Positions 1 to 11,643 are shown, counted from the first letter of the stretch. The stretch is DNA of 64,000 nucleotides from Trichomonas gallinae (GCA_008369845.1 MRSU01006018.1:1-64000), one strand, 5' to 3'. Program-made: numbers and translations. The notes: generated by a model from the letters alone, not told the origin.

Positions 1-2
1 AA

Positions 3-74
3 TGGAGGTGAGGGGAATCGAACCCCCGGCCTCATCTATGCTAAAGACGCACTCTACCACTGAGCCACACCCCC
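3..74 (-). tRNA. tRNA-Ala(AGC)
   Basis: Reverse complement GGGGGTGTGGCTCAGTGGTAGAGTGCGTCTTTAGCATAGATGAGGCCGGGGGTTCGATTCCCCTCACCTCCA folds as a cloverleaf with anticodon loop TTAGCAT, G3:U70 alanine identity pair, TTCGATT T-loop and discriminator A. Confidence 0.97.
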
Positions 75-300
75 AACACAATAATGGCATTTTTCTTTTA
101 TATTGGATAAAAATTTATTCTATTCATCATTCGTCATATTATCATTACTAAAGAAATATCAAGATTTTAATCATACAATATTAACAATTTTCTTATTCAG
201 ATTTGATTTATGTTATTCGTTCATTTGTAAAATCATTCTTTCATAGTTTTTGCGAAGATTAAATTTAGTGTTAGCCCCTTTTATTCCCCTTCCATTATTC

Positions 301-990
301 ATGTCTAGAAGGAAGAAGAAAGATAATTCATGGCTTAATGTATCAATTAACGAACCATCAATACCAATTGAAAAGATGGATCAAGAAATGAATCGATTAA
401 ATTCAAGAAATTATCCTGCATATCAAAATATCTTACAAACTATCAAGGACAAGTCCATCGATAAATTTATGATATTGGGTCTTGGAGATATATCTACCGA
501 AATGAATGCAAGGAAGCAACTTTCATTGATTCTTTCATTAACTCATGAATTAAATATCAAAACTATGAAATTTTACGATCCACTATCAAATGAACAAAGC
601 AATACATACTTAAAGACAAAAGGAATTGCAATAGAAAATGAAAATTTACATGGCCAATATCAAATTGAACCACAAACTGCGTTTTTCATATTCCATGGTC
701 CGCACTTTTTATACCATAACTTAATTATATCTAATCTTGATCCAAACAAAATTAAAAATTTATTTTGGATTGGAAATTCAATTACTGAACTTCGCACAAT
801 AAGGAATGCTGCCAAATTCATTATGCTAGATGCATTAGACTGTAATTTGTTGAAAGAAACAAAATTAGATTTTCTTAATGATACTACGTTTGATAACACA
901 TATATAATACAAGCGAATGATGACAATTTGCCTCCCATTGAACATCCAATTTGGAAAAGACGCGATATTTATCAAAAAGACAATGAATAA
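301..990 (+). CDS. SRR1-domain protein (sensitivity to red-light reduced family)
   Basis: ATG at 301 (the track start at 250 is TTG). Motifs ILGLG, ARKQLSLIL, FYDPL, FHGPHFLYHNL and WIGNS resemble the SRR1 domain. Confidence 0.7.
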   Translation: MSRRKKKDNSWLNVSINEPSIPIEKMDQEMNRLNSRNYPAYQNILQTIKDKSIDKFMILGLGDISTEMNARKQLSLILSLTHELNIKTMKFYDPLSNEQSNTYLKTKGIAIENENLHGQYQIEPQTAFFIFHGPHFLYHNLIISNLDPNKIKNLFWIGNSITELRTIRNAAKFIMLDALDCNLLKETKLDFLNDTTFDNTYIIQANDDNLPPIEHPIWKRRDIYQKDNE

Positions 991-1396
991 CAAAATCAAA
1001 TAATAAATTATATATATTGACTTCACTATTGCATATATGTATATCATTCACCATTTAAGGCTCCATTCATGTTTAATAATATTTTTGCTTTATCAAATAA
1101 TGTTTAATTTGACTAAGATGATGATGAATCTTTAGTTATTTGACTAAAATAACATCAATATAATCGCCAAGTATAATGGATTTCGGTTTAATCTCGATTA
1201 AAATTACATAACACTAGAAATCTTAATATTCTAATGTAAAACTTCCAGATAAATTCCGTTCTATGAAGTTTACCTCAGAAAAATAGAATTTTTGTTGTTC
1301 TAATAAATATAATTCCAAATTTCTTAAGGAAACTCGAAACTTAATTACACTTCTTTAAGAATATAAACATATTTGAAAGAAAAAACTAACATTTAT

Positions 1397-4339
1397 TTAT
1401 CCATATTTGATAATAATATTACCATCTTGACCAAATTCAGCAGAAACATCATTAGCCCTCATAACTTCATATCTCTTCTCTATAACAGGTTTCTTCGCAC
1501 CTAGCAGTGACTCTTTCTTTGTTCTTGTCAGGAAAACAATTATTTCACTTGACTCATTCGAAATCGCGGCGCATTTTTCAGATGCACTGTCAAGCACAAG
1601 CGAAGTGATTGGCGAATCTGTGATCTGCAGGTTGAATTCGTACGAGCAGTTCCTGAATACATAGCACGTGCCCCTCACAGCGATTACAGTGACGTTCTGA
1701 CCGATCGCGACGCATTTGTTGGTTAGTGCGATTTTTGCTATTTCTTCGCTGACTATCTGCGCTAGTTTTGGATACTTCGAGCCAACCAATGCAATCCTTA
1801 GGGCAGCTGGAGCTCCTAGCAAGTCAACTTCACTGAAAGAAACGTTGATCGTTAAATCAAATAATCTCCTGATTGTGGCAAAACCGTTTGGCAATGACCA
1901 GTTTTCTTCGACTGTTTTATCCATCGACTGGAAGAAAGCTGATGCATGGACTCCGGATACTATCTCGAATATTGTGTTGACGTGGGCCTGGTGATCATGT
2001 TTAACCATCTCTCGCATGATAACTAACAGTAGATCGCTGCTGTTCATAGATTTTTGCCATATGTCAAAACCGTTCAACAAAATAACAGTTGCTAAATCTC
2101 CAGACTCATTATTTTCGTGCATCTTGCGCACAAGGAAATTATACAACACGCTGAAGTAGGTAGAAGGCAGAGTATCAGGCTGAGCAACTAAAACCATTGA
2201 CAGCAAGAACTTGTCATTATCATTTAACTCGTGCTCATCGCCGATGAATGTCGTGACTATAGATTGGGCGGTTGTCATGTTCGTCGCCATCATCGCATTA
2301 GCGCACGCCAAAGACGATGTCTGGCGGATGGTTGAGCTCCTGTGGGTTATCAGCTGGGGTAGGAGAGGCAGAAAATGCGGGCCGTTCGAATCAGGATTAA
2401 ATCGCGGCTTGTTGAATGTGAAAGAACTGGATAGAATCGACCAGGCGATGAAGTGGATTCCTGAGACATTCTCCGATGATTCGAAGACCTGCGGGCCGCG
2501 AAGAGTCATTTTTTCGTAGAAAAATGTCATCGTGTTTGGAGATTCGCCTAAAATTACGAGATTTGAGCCGCAGTTTTCATCAACATTAGGAGGAGCATTT
2601 TTAACAGATACTCCTGATAACATTAAACGAAAAACAATGTATTTTGCCTGTTGAATTTTAATATCGTTGTCATCTGCATCTAAATCTAATCTAAGTCTTG
2701 CTATTATCTGCGTTGATGATCCAAATCGGATTCTTTCGAGTGAAAATGGTTTTTCTTCTGACTGTTCAGAAACTGGATAAAATTTTTTGGCTTGTTCTGG
2801 GGCGTTGACTAAAATATCAACAATATCAGAGTTTTTGAGTCCAAATGTAAGATATTCTCCGTTGGAATATTTAATAATTAAAAGAGATTGTTCTTCTAAA
2901 TAATAAATTTCCAAAACTTTGTTGTTGAATCCTGGATATCTAAGAACTATATCCATCCATTTGATGAGTGCAATAGAACCATCTTCACCAATAGCAAGAA
3001 CTGATTCTCTTCCTCCGATTTTAAAAGGAAGAATTACGAAGTCGATGATTGATGAAGCCAATGCTTCAACAGTACGAATAGGATGTTCATTCTTATCAAA
3101 AAAGAAGGAAACTTCTCCATTTTCGCATCCTGCGTAAACTAAAAGATTTTGTTGTCTGTATTTGATTGGCGTTGAAAATATTGTGGTAATCTTGGATTTT
3201 GTCTTAAAAATAACATCATTGCGCTTGAAAGAAGCCCAATTATACATAATTATTTCATTATTATTTTGTAATTTCAAAATTTGATCTGTTTGGCTGTTTG
3301 AAATGCTGTATTTGCTAACAGACTTGACTGGGACAAACGATAAACTCTCGTTTTGATTAATAAATCGAACAGTTTGATTTGCATGAGGAAAAATAAAGCC
3401 TAAATCTGGATGGAAATCAACTTTTCCTGATACAAAGGAGTCCTCAAACTGATACTTCTGTATGTTTTCTATTTTAACACGATCTATATCCTTTGAATGC
3501 GATATTGTAACCAAGAAGATGCTTCCACCAAATGTAATTAGGCACATATACTTCTTTGACACCCAATAGACATATTGTATTGAGTCATCTTCCGAAATAT
3601 CAAGTTCATAATCTTTTGTATTTCCATTTTCATATAAAACGGAAAACGCTTTAACTTTGGTTCTCACTACACCATACGGTGTTGAAAAGTAACTTTCATG
3701 AATATTTGTCGAAATATTTTGAACTTTGTTTATCGAAACAATTTTATCTTCTTCCATAATGATTTGCTTGATGTTATTGTTTGTCACTGCAATGATACAA
3801 GGCTCTCTGACGAAGACACTGTTCGCTGGAATCATGTATGAAAAAGATACTAAAGATGGAATTAAAACTGAACTGATAATGGTGCGTGATTTTGTGTCAA
3901 ATAGATCTGCCCTTCGTCCTAGAGAGCAGATCCATATGCATGAAGGATCTGTTGGATGAATTGAAAGAAATAAATTTCCTGAACGAACAACTTCGTCGCA
4001 TTTGAAGATACACGATGTGTCGGTAGATCTCCATCCGCAAAATGTTCCGTCATTTGATATAGAATAGAAAATATTCGTTTGTAAACTGTTGATAAGATCT
4101 GAAACGATTGAATGATGCGCGTTTAATAGACTGATTAATTTGACTTCTGAATTTTGTATGCCAAAGGATACTATTGGGCCTTCCATAGTTCCAGAAACGA
4201 AAACATTTGAGAAATTAAAAGGCGGATTTTCGAAAAATTCGGAATTTTGGATCCAACAGCAACATGTGTAGTGGAAATTCGACGGTAATACATCATTGTT
4301 AATAACAAAGCCAATCTCTATTGGCCTGTTATTATCCAT
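1397..4339 (-). CDS. WD40-repeat protein, WDR7/Rabconnectin-3beta-like
   Basis: About 980-aa ORF, first ATG at 4339. N-terminal beta-propeller repeats (AHHSIVSDL, SISNDGTFCGW, YAGCENGEVSFF, LAIGEDGSIALI), a helical middle and a C-terminal WD segment. The WDR7 assignment is by recall only. Confidence 0.55.
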   Translation of the reverse strand: MDNNRPIEIGFVINNDVLPSNFHYTCCCWIQNSEFFENPPFNFSNVFVSGTMEGPIVSFGIQNSEVKLISLLNAHHSIVSDLINSLQTNIFYSISNDGTFCGWRSTDTSCIFKCDEVVRSGNLFLSIHPTDPSCIWICSLGRRADLFDTKSRTIISSVLIPSLVSFSYMIPANSVFVREPCIIAVTNNNIKQIIMEEDKIVSINKVQNISTNIHESYFSTPYGVVRTKVKAFSVLYENGNTKDYELDISEDDSIQYVYWVSKKYMCLITFGGSIFLVTISHSKDIDRVKIENIQKYQFEDSFVSGKVDFHPDLGFIFPHANQTVRFINQNESLSFVPVKSVSKYSISNSQTDQILKLQNNNEIIMYNWASFKRNDVIFKTKSKITTIFSTPIKYRQQNLLVYAGCENGEVSFFFDKNEHPIRTVEALASSIIDFVILPFKIGGRESVLAIGEDGSIALIKWMDIVLRYPGFNNKVLEIYYLEEQSLLIIKYSNGEYLTFGLKNSDIVDILVNAPEQAKKFYPVSEQSEEKPFSLERIRFGSSTQIIARLRLDLDADDNDIKIQQAKYIVFRLMLSGVSVKNAPPNVDENCGSNLVILGESPNTMTFFYEKMTLRGPQVFESSENVSGIHFIAWSILSSSFTFNKPRFNPDSNGPHFLPLLPQLITHRSSTIRQTSSLACANAMMATNMTTAQSIVTTFIGDEHELNDNDKFLLSMVLVAQPDTLPSTYFSVLYNFLVRKMHENNESGDLATVILLNGFDIWQKSMNSSDLLLVIMREMVKHDHQAHVNTIFEIVSGVHASAFFQSMDKTVEENWSLPNGFATIRRLFDLTINVSFSEVDLLGAPAALRIALVGSKYPKLAQIVSEEIAKIALTNKCVAIGQNVTVIAVRGTCYVFRNCSYEFNLQITDSPITSLVLDSASEKCAAISNESSEIIVFLTRTKKESLLGAKKPVIEKRYEVMRANDVSAEFGQDGNIIIKYG

Positions 4340-4627
4340 AACAAATCCCGATAAATTTCTGACAAATAAACTTATATTTGACAAATAAAATATATTTACA
4401 CATCAAAAATTAGTTTACATGACATATAAATAGTTTACATGACATAAATATGATTATAGACAAATTTAATTTTTAAATGACAATTTTATGATTTATTTGG
4501 CAAAAAGATAAAAAAATGTAGATTGCAATAGTAATAAGACAGAATGTTTATAAAAACAATTTATGGACATGTGACCCACATATTTGTGAGTTAATTTGAT
4601 AGTGATTTTATCAAAATTATTGTATTG

Positions 4628-4858
4628 TTAAACATTTTCGTTATTCGATTCAGTATCTTCCGTATTGTCATCTCCAGAGAAGTTATCGGCATCATCTGAT
4701 GATTTAACTTGGAAAAGAGGAATATCAGAACTCGTATCGTCATCAAAATCGACTTTATCTAAGAAAATCGGATTTGGTTTGGACACGACAAGAGATTCAT
4801 ACTCGTTGTCGCCTTCTAAAAGAGGCTTCCCTCCGCAGATTGAAGTGATGCACCCCAT
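4628..4858 (-). CDS. Small acidic protein with predicted N-terminal myristoylation/palmitoylation (MGCITSIC)
   Basis: ATG at 4858 is preceded by an Inr-like TCACTT about 15-20 nt upstream. MGC start and acidic tail, 76 aa. Confidence 0.6.
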   Translation of the reverse strand: MGCITSICGGKPLLEGDNEYESLVVSKPNPIFLDKVDFDDDTSSDIPLFQVKSSDDADNFSGDDNTEDTESNNENV

Positions 4859-5324
4859 ATTTTCCAAGAAAAGTGACATAAATACTTTAGCATTTCTACA
4901 TCATAATAGAGCTATAATATGCTTAATATACACTTGCTATAAACCTCCTAAAGAAGCTTAAGCATTAACATTTCTACCATATAATTCATTATATGTCAAT
5001 AAGGATTTAAGATCTTTGGAGTTCTGAATACTAGAAGTGGTCAAAGAGTTGTCAATGCAGTATTCATGGCAAAGTAGTTCTGCTATATTTCTTCAATGAT
5101 TCCTTGAAAAATACATATTTTCACAAGCATGAGAATTTTTTTTTTATAGAATTCTGGAAATCGCTCGATAATCTCTTTATTAATATATCAACTTTTGTTA
5201 TATATTATTGATATTCGTTTGTTTCCATGTATTCTTGGAATGAAATGGTAAATTTATTTGCATAGCATGAAAATTTATTAGATAGAAATTTTATAATATA
5301 CAAACAAAAATATATATGATTAAG

Positions 5325-8261
5325 TCAGTCTGATTGACCTAAGTTTCCGATATCGATATCTGCAAGATGAGCGAGTTTTTTCAGTTTCGAGTTGTTGTGC
5401 TGCAGATATTCAGGGATTTTGAATCCCTTTGATGTTATCAAAGGCGTTCCTAAGACATGTGTCAGCTCTTTATCGCTGTGCACGAGGGAGCCATTGGTAA
5501 CAAGCATATCCTTGATGAGTTTCATCAACAGCTCCATTCCAGCCGGAGATTTTGTCGCTGGATCATATGTTAGCATGCTCTTGATCTTCTTGTAAACTTT
5601 CTTGTATTGCACCAGCAGCTTTGTTGTCTCTTTGATTGTCTTGAAGTGGTAATCATTCGTGCTGTCGTTGACAATGATCTGGCAAAGTCTGCTTGCCATC
5701 AAAAGCCTGGAGTCAGGGTGAAGAGCCAAAACTTCCCATAACTCAGTGAGCTGGTCATGTTCTTCCGACTTTTCTTCATCGACGAAGAGATTTTCAGTGT
5801 CCAGAAGATCAGATATCTCCTTCTCGTTCGGCCTGAGGTAGTAGTTGCCCTTTTTAGACTCAGGTTTGTGACGCTCGAATTTCGGAAGCGGAATTGTTTC
5901 CATTGGTGCTGTGACCTGGAAAACTTCATCCGGTGGACGAGTAGTAAACATTTTGTCCAAGTAGCTGACGTCTGGCTCCGGCCTCTCTTCGACTCTGATA
6001 CCTTTCTTCGCTGCGATGAAGAACTTGACTTCTGGGGCCATGAATTTATCGATGGTGACTGGCTTTCTCGGTTCATCCTTCGGAGGCTCCAGTGGTTTTT
6101 TCTTCGGCTTGAATTCGAGGTTTTCTGTTGCCTTTGGTGGCCCGGATTTGCGGGGAGTCGACAAAACTTTGATTTTTCGCGTCGGCTTCGGAGCTTCTGG
6201 AGTTCTTTCTGTTCTCCTGTACTTACCGCTGTTCAAAATGTCTTTTTTCGCGGCCTCCACTGCTTTGTCGAACGACTCATAATCGAATCTCTTTAGCTGG
6301 CTGTTAGGTATTGGTCTGTATTCTGGCGGAAACTGTTCGACTTCTTCGAGATTCGACACAAAAGTGCCTAAATCCGGGCCAGATGTTTCTCGCTTTCCGT
6401 TGCTCTTGAGGATCTCGTCTGAAATCGTTCCTAGCGTTTTATCGCGAAGAGGCTTGATCGATCTATCATCGGACATCCTCCCCCTGGGCATATAAAGCGG
6501 CTCTCTGTTCTCACTCAATGCTTTTTTGCCGTAAGGTTTAAAGAGAGCTTTTTTGATTTCCGACAAAGCGTCTGTTAGTGTCTGTTTGAGCAGACTTGCT
6601 TGTTCAACTGTGATCTTGTCGTCTGAGAGCTCTCCTATTGCATCGAACTGAGAAATAATATTAATAACCTGCAATCCGAATTTTCTGTGCAATTCTTGCC
6701 TTTGGAATGCTGTGATGTGCGGCAATGTGTCTATCATCATCCTGGCTGCGTTGATTTCGCCAGTTGGGAACCATGTGTAGTGTTGTTTCTTTTTTTCGGA
6801 AAAATTAGTTTGGACAACGACTTTTTCTGGTTCTTTCTTCTGTGGGATAGTCAAAAATGCTTGACTGTACTCAGCATTCACCATTCCCTTAGCAACTTGG
6901 CGCTGAAACTCTTGCTCGACTTTTAAATTAAATGTTTCTTTATTAGGCACGTCATTTGGGTTGAAATGCGGCACAAAGGCTTTTTCTGTCCCATAGAATG
7001 TTTTGAGCCATTTGAGTCTGTCTGAAGGCAAATCTGTGAAATTATCTGTTTTAATTAAATCTTCTGTAAGTTTTTGGACTTTTGCTGCTTTTTGATAGAT
7101 TGGGTTATCAGTGATTTCCGAAATATCATAAGCATTTAACAGTTTTGGATCGAAATAAAAAGATGAATGATCATTTTCGTTATTTTCATCATCGCTGTCG
7201 CTATCTTCTAACCCATCATCAAGCGCACCATGCTGAAGAAGGAATTTCATGAACTTTTTGTTCTTTTTCTCACGCGCTGTTGCTAATAAAGTTTTTCCAT
7301 CGTTCAAAATATTGACTTTCACGCCATTGAATATATAAAACTTAGCTAATTTAAACATTCCATTCCTAACTAATGTGAAAAGCATCGATTCTTTGTCTTT
7401 GATTCTTTCAAGATTCATTAATGATTCAATATTCGTCAGACAGATAACGTGATTATGTGTTTTCTTGTATAGCCATTTTATAAAGTCATTACGATGGAAT
7501 TGAGTCGCGCTTGATGCGTCTTCGAATGATAATTTTGATTGTTCGCAAATTTTAACCATATCCCAATTTCCTGCTGACACAGCCATACTTGCAGTCTCTT
7601 CATCCATTATAGCTTTGTTCATAAGCAGAAATTTAAAGCATTTAAGAGATCCATATCTTGCAGCGACAGAGATCAAAGGCATTGTTGGCCACTTGAAGCA
7701 TTCGAATTCACCATTCGGAATCCTTTGATTTACATCAAAAGTTGAGCCGTAAATCTCACGCAAAGAATCAATTGAATCAAATCTTAGGATATGGCCAACG
7801 GTATTCACTAAATAGGCTTCATATACCCATTGCTTTGTAACTTTCGTTAATGTATCTTGATTTTCGTCGCTGTCTGTGTAATAATTTGATAACAAATCAG
7901 CAAATGGAAGTTGATTCTTTTTATCACCTTTAAAATCCATCGCTGATAGAAGGATACCAGATAAATCAACAATTCGACGACTAAAACTTGTATAATTTGT
8001 TTTGATAGTTTTAATAAAGGTTTGATTCATTGTTTTATCGCGCAAAATGTCTGTATATAACTGTGCGTATATTTCTTCCTGCTTAGGACGCATGCTTGAG
8101 AATCTAATTATCTCTGTTGAAGAAAATTCGGCCAAATCGGTGCTATCAAGGATAATTGACTTGGTCCTTGAATAGGTTTCCTGTGATAGAGTGGCTAAAT
8201 AGAACTGAATTGCAACTTCCTTCTCCAGTTGGTTCTGGAGAAAGCGAAATTCTTCAGTCAT
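5325..8261 (-). CDS. Ankyrin-repeat (trichomonad DUF3447-like) protein with long C-terminal Lys/Pro/Glu-rich and helical region
   Basis: 978-aa ORF. LISVAARYGSLKCFKFLL, AVSAGNWDMVKICEQ and GKTLLATA..FLLQHGA are ankyrin-type motifs. Confidence 0.75.
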   Translation of the reverse strand: MTEEFRFLQNQLEKEVAIQFYLATLSQETYSRTKSIILDSTDLAEFSSTEIIRFSSMRPKQEEIYAQLYTDILRDKTMNQTFIKTIKTNYTSFSRRIVDLSGILLSAMDFKGDKKNQLPFADLLSNYYTDSDENQDTLTKVTKQWVYEAYLVNTVGHILRFDSIDSLREIYGSTFDVNQRIPNGEFECFKWPTMPLISVAARYGSLKCFKFLLMNKAIMDEETASMAVSAGNWDMVKICEQSKLSFEDASSATQFHRNDFIKWLYKKTHNHVICLTNIESLMNLERIKDKESMLFTLVRNGMFKLAKFYIFNGVKVNILNDGKTLLATAREKKNKKFMKFLLQHGALDDGLEDSDSDDENNENDHSSFYFDPKLLNAYDISEITDNPIYQKAAKVQKLTEDLIKTDNFTDLPSDRLKWLKTFYGTEKAFVPHFNPNDVPNKETFNLKVEQEFQRQVAKGMVNAEYSQAFLTIPQKKEPEKVVVQTNFSEKKKQHYTWFPTGEINAARMMIDTLPHITAFQRQELHRKFGLQVINIISQFDAIGELSDDKITVEQASLLKQTLTDALSEIKKALFKPYGKKALSENREPLYMPRGRMSDDRSIKPLRDKTLGTISDEILKSNGKRETSGPDLGTFVSNLEEVEQFPPEYRPIPNSQLKRFDYESFDKAVEAAKKDILNSGKYRRTERTPEAPKPTRKIKVLSTPRKSGPPKATENLEFKPKKKPLEPPKDEPRKPVTIDKFMAPEVKFFIAAKKGIRVEERPEPDVSYLDKMFTTRPPDEVFQVTAPMETIPLPKFERHKPESKKGNYYLRPNEKEISDLLDTENLFVDEEKSEEHDQLTELWEVLALHPDSRLLMASRLCQIIVNDSTNDYHFKTIKETTKLLVQYKKVYKKIKSMLTYDPATKSPAGMELLMKLIKDMLVTNGSLVHSDKELTHVLGTPLITSKGFKIPEYLQHNNSKLKKLAHLADIDIGNLGQSD

Positions 8262-9614
8262 GAATAAATTTGCAAAATTTTATAACAAATATGATAACAA
8301 GCTCATATAGAGTCGAATTTAATAAAATTACAAAATGAAATTTAACGTACAGCAAAAGTGAAAAATTATTGGTCAAAGGTTCAAGTCCCGACATCTAACA
8401 TTTACTTTTTTAAAAATATTGGTTATTATTATTCTTTAAGACACTGTTAAATCATTTTTTATTTCAACATGTAATATATTTATTCAGAAATAAACGCCAA
8501 AACTTAATTATTTGTCTGATTCCAAATTGAAATCTTTGTTTACTTCATGATTTATTCCAAAATTTTTATCAATTATTCATCCATAAATTAATTATAGTCC
8601 AATGCACTTTATGAAAAGATGATTTATCGGATGAAATGTGAATCTCAAAATAAAATGGGTTTGTGATGGTCCACGGTTATGATTACAATATGGCCATATG
8701 TCTAAATATGAATATTTCGATGATAATTAGCACGAAAAAAATCACGGTAAATATCCAATAAAAAAAGAAAAAGACAAAACCATTGACAGACTTCATTAAT
8801 TCTGCATAGTTTTTGGGAAATATATTCTAATGCCAACATCAAAATTCTTTACATTGCCAAAAAAACTTCATGAGATTGATTTCTCCACATGAAAATGTAT
8901 GAAATCCGTTCCCCTGAATATGCCAGAATCACACAACAGGCATCACTTAGTGAATGAATAATCATTGAGGTGATAAAGAAATATAAAAAACTTGAGAATT
9001 GATTCTGAAATGAAAATAAATTTGTGTTTACGATCATAAATTACCATGAATATAGAATACACATGTCCAAAGCATTCATAATCGATAAAAATTTTCAAGT
9101 TTTATTTAAAAAAAAACAAACGCAAACCACATTCATCATTCATATAATAGATCAAAAATACATCAAAAAATTAAGAAATCATTCTTCATTCAAAATTGAA
9201 TTATGTGTGTCCGACCCAAAAATACTTGATATTTCGAATCAATCATAGATACTCCAACAAAAAATTTTGAGAATTATTTTTTGATAAAAATTTATTTTAT
9301 TTTAAATATGATATAAACTATGAAAATATATTTTATTTTGAGAAAATTTTCTCACAAAATAATTTAAAAAGAGAGATTTTTATCCAAGTCGATACCCATA
9401 TAAAAATGAGCAATGATTAATAACAAACTAATCAAAATCGGCCAAAAAAGTTAAATGTTTTCACAAAATTGAGAGAAGACCGGCCACTCCCGTTAAGGGT
9501 GAAGTGAGCCTGCAAACAGGCCTATTCTGTTTGATTTTAGCGTTAGTATAAAGCAGCACAGAAAATCCGAGGTTTGACCACTCATTGTTTGAAAAACAAA
9601 AGTGATGTCAAAAT

Positions 9615-9619
9615 TCATT
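9615..9619 (+). promoter_or_regulatory. Initiator (Inr) element TCATT of the branching enzyme gene
   Basis: TCATT ending 8 nt before the ATG at 9628 matches the trichomonad Inr consensus TCA(C/T)(T/A). Confidence 0.7.
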
Positions 9620-9627
9620 TTTGATCC

Positions 9628-11643
9628 ATGCAGATCATCAAGGACAATCCCTGGCTCGAACAATGGCGCGGTGGTTTAGAATGGCGCCAGCATTTGTATA
9701 AAGAGGCTAAGAAGAGAATCGAAGACATTGCCGGTTCATTGGATAAATTCACACAAGCTTACAAAGAATTCGGTGTCCACAAAGTCGATGGTGGTATTTT
9801 ATACCGCGAATGGGCACCAAATGCTGACGAAATTTACCTCGCTGGTGATTTCAACAACTGGAACGGACAAGATCCAGCAACAAAGTGCGAGAAGGAGGAC
9901 GAATTCGGCCACTTCAAGCTCTTCTTGAAGGATACAAAGGAGGGACCAGTCATCCCACACGATAGCAAGATCAAATGCTGCCTCAAGCTTAAGAACGGAG
10001 AAACTGTCTGGAGAATTCCAGCTTGGATCAACTACGTTCGCCAAAACACAGAAAATATCGATTTCAATGGTATCTTCTGGAATCCAGAAAAGAAGTATGT
10101 TTTCAAGCATCCAAAGCCAGCTCCACTCGACTGCGCGTTGCTCATTTATGAGACACACATCGGTATGGCTGGTGTAGAACCAAGAATTCACACATACAAG
10201 GAATTCGAGGAAAATGTTTTGCCAATGATCAAGAAGGACGGCTACAATGCTATTCAAATCATGGCCATCATGGAGCACCCATACTATGGCTCCTTCGGTT
10301 ACCAAGTTACAAACTTCTTCGCCATCTCATCCCGCTTCGGCACACCAGAAGAGCTCAAGTCGATGATCGACACAGCTCACGGAATGGGCCTTCACGTCTT
10401 CCTCGACCTCGTCCACTCCCACGCTTCAAAGAACGTCGCTGAAGGCATCAACCACTTCGATGGCACAGATCACCAGTACTTCCACGAAGGCGGCCGCGGC
10501 TATCACCCACTTTGGGACTCCCGCTGCTTCAACTACAACCATCCAGAAGTCCAGCGCTTCCTCCTCTCCAACTTGAGATATTACATGGAAGAATACTGCT
10601 TCGATGGCTTCAGATTCGACGGTGTCACATCCATGATGTACCTCCACCACGGCAACATGTACTCATTCAACTCCATCGACTGCTACTTCTGCGATCTCGT
10701 CGACCGCGAGGCTGTCACATACTTAATGCTCGCCAACGACACAATCCACATGGTCAACCCAGACGCCATCTCAATCGCTGAAGATGTCTCCGGCATGGTC
10801 GGCCTTGCCCGCAGCATCGAGGACGGCGGCATTGGCTTCGACTACAGACTCGGCATGTCATCTCCAGACATGTGGATCAAGATGCTCAAGGAGCAGAAGG
10901 ATGAAGACTGGAACGTCGGCAATGTCACATTCGAGCTCTCCAACCGCCCATACAAGGAGAAGACAGTCGCATACTCCGAGTCTCACGATCAGGCCCTCGT
11001 CGGCGACAAGACAATCGCCTTCTGGCTCATGGACAAGGAAATGTACACCAACATGTCCTGCCTCCAGCCAGAGTCAATGATCACAGCTCGTGGCATGGCT
11101 CTCCACAAGATCATCAGACTCATCACAATCGGTCTTGGTGGCGAGGCTTACCTCAACTTCATGGGTAACGAGTTCGGACACCCAGAGTGGATCGACTTCC
11201 CACGTGAGGGCAACGGCAACTCCTTCCTCCACTGCTGCAGAAGATTCGACCTTCCATTCACAGACCACCTCAGATACAAGTACCTCCTCGCTTTCGACAA
11301 CGCCATGATCCAGCTCGAGCACGACTACAAGTTCATGGAGAGCGGACACATGTACATCACACTCAAGCACGAGGATGATAAGGTCATCGCATTCGAGCGC
11401 GGCGAGCTCTTGTTCGTCTTTAACATGCACACACACAAGTCCTTCACAGACTACGCAGTTGGTATCGAATGGCCAGGCAAGTACAAGTGCATCCTCTCAT
11501 CCGATGATGAGGAATTCGGTGGCCACAACACAATCGACAAGTCTGTTCTCCACGAGACATTCCCAGAACCATGGCAGTGCCGCCAGAACAAGATCCTCCT
11601 CTACATCCCATGCAGAACAGCTGCCGTTTACAAGAGAGTTTAA
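9628..11643 (+). CDS. GBE1: 1,4-alpha-glucan (glycogen) branching enzyme, GH13
   Basis: YREWAPNA, HPYYGSFGYQVTNFFA, DLVHSHAS, FDGFRFDGVTSM, IAEDVSG, YSESHDQALVGDKT, LNFMGNEFGHPEWIDFPR. Strong C-ending codon bias suggests high expression. Confidence 0.97.
   Translation: MQIIKDNPWLEQWRGGLEWRQHLYKEAKKRIEDIAGSLDKFTQAYKEFGVHKVDGGILYREWAPNADEIYLAGDFNNWNGQDPATKCEKEDEFGHFKLFLKDTKEGPVIPHDSKIKCCLKLKNGETVWRIPAWINYVRQNTENIDFNGIFWNPEKKYVFKHPKPAPLDCALLIYETHIGMAGVEPRIHTYKEFEENVLPMIKKDGYNAIQIMAIMEHPYYGSFGYQVTNFFAISSRFGTPEELKSMIDTAHGMGLHVFLDLVHSHASKNVAEGINHFDGTDHQYFHEGGRGYHPLWDSRCFNYNHPEVQRFLLSNLRYYMEEYCFDGFRFDGVTSMMYLHHGNMYSFNSIDCYFCDLVDREAVTYLMLANDTIHMVNPDAISIAEDVSGMVGLARSIEDGGIGFDYRLGMSSPDMWIKMLKEQKDEDWNVGNVTFELSNRPYKEKTVAYSESHDQALVGDKTIAFWLMDKEMYTNMSCLQPESMITARGMALHKIIRLITIGLGGEAYLNFMGNEFGHPEWIDFPREGNGNSFLHCCRRFDLPFTDHLRYKYLLAFDNAMIQLEHDYKFMESGHMYITLKHEDDKVIAFERGELLFVFNMHTHKSFTDYAVGIEWPGKYKCILSSDDEEFGGHNTIDKSVLHETFPEPWQCRQNKILLYIPCRTAAVYKRV

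Noticed and set aside
5010..5155. Several weak hairpins (also 28013-28041 and 60233-60341)
   Set aside because: Short AU/GU-rich stems expected by chance, with no box motifs.
8371..8392. B-box/T-arm-like GGTTCAAGTCC
   Set aside because: No acceptor, D or anticodon arms can be folded around it; at best a tRNA relic.
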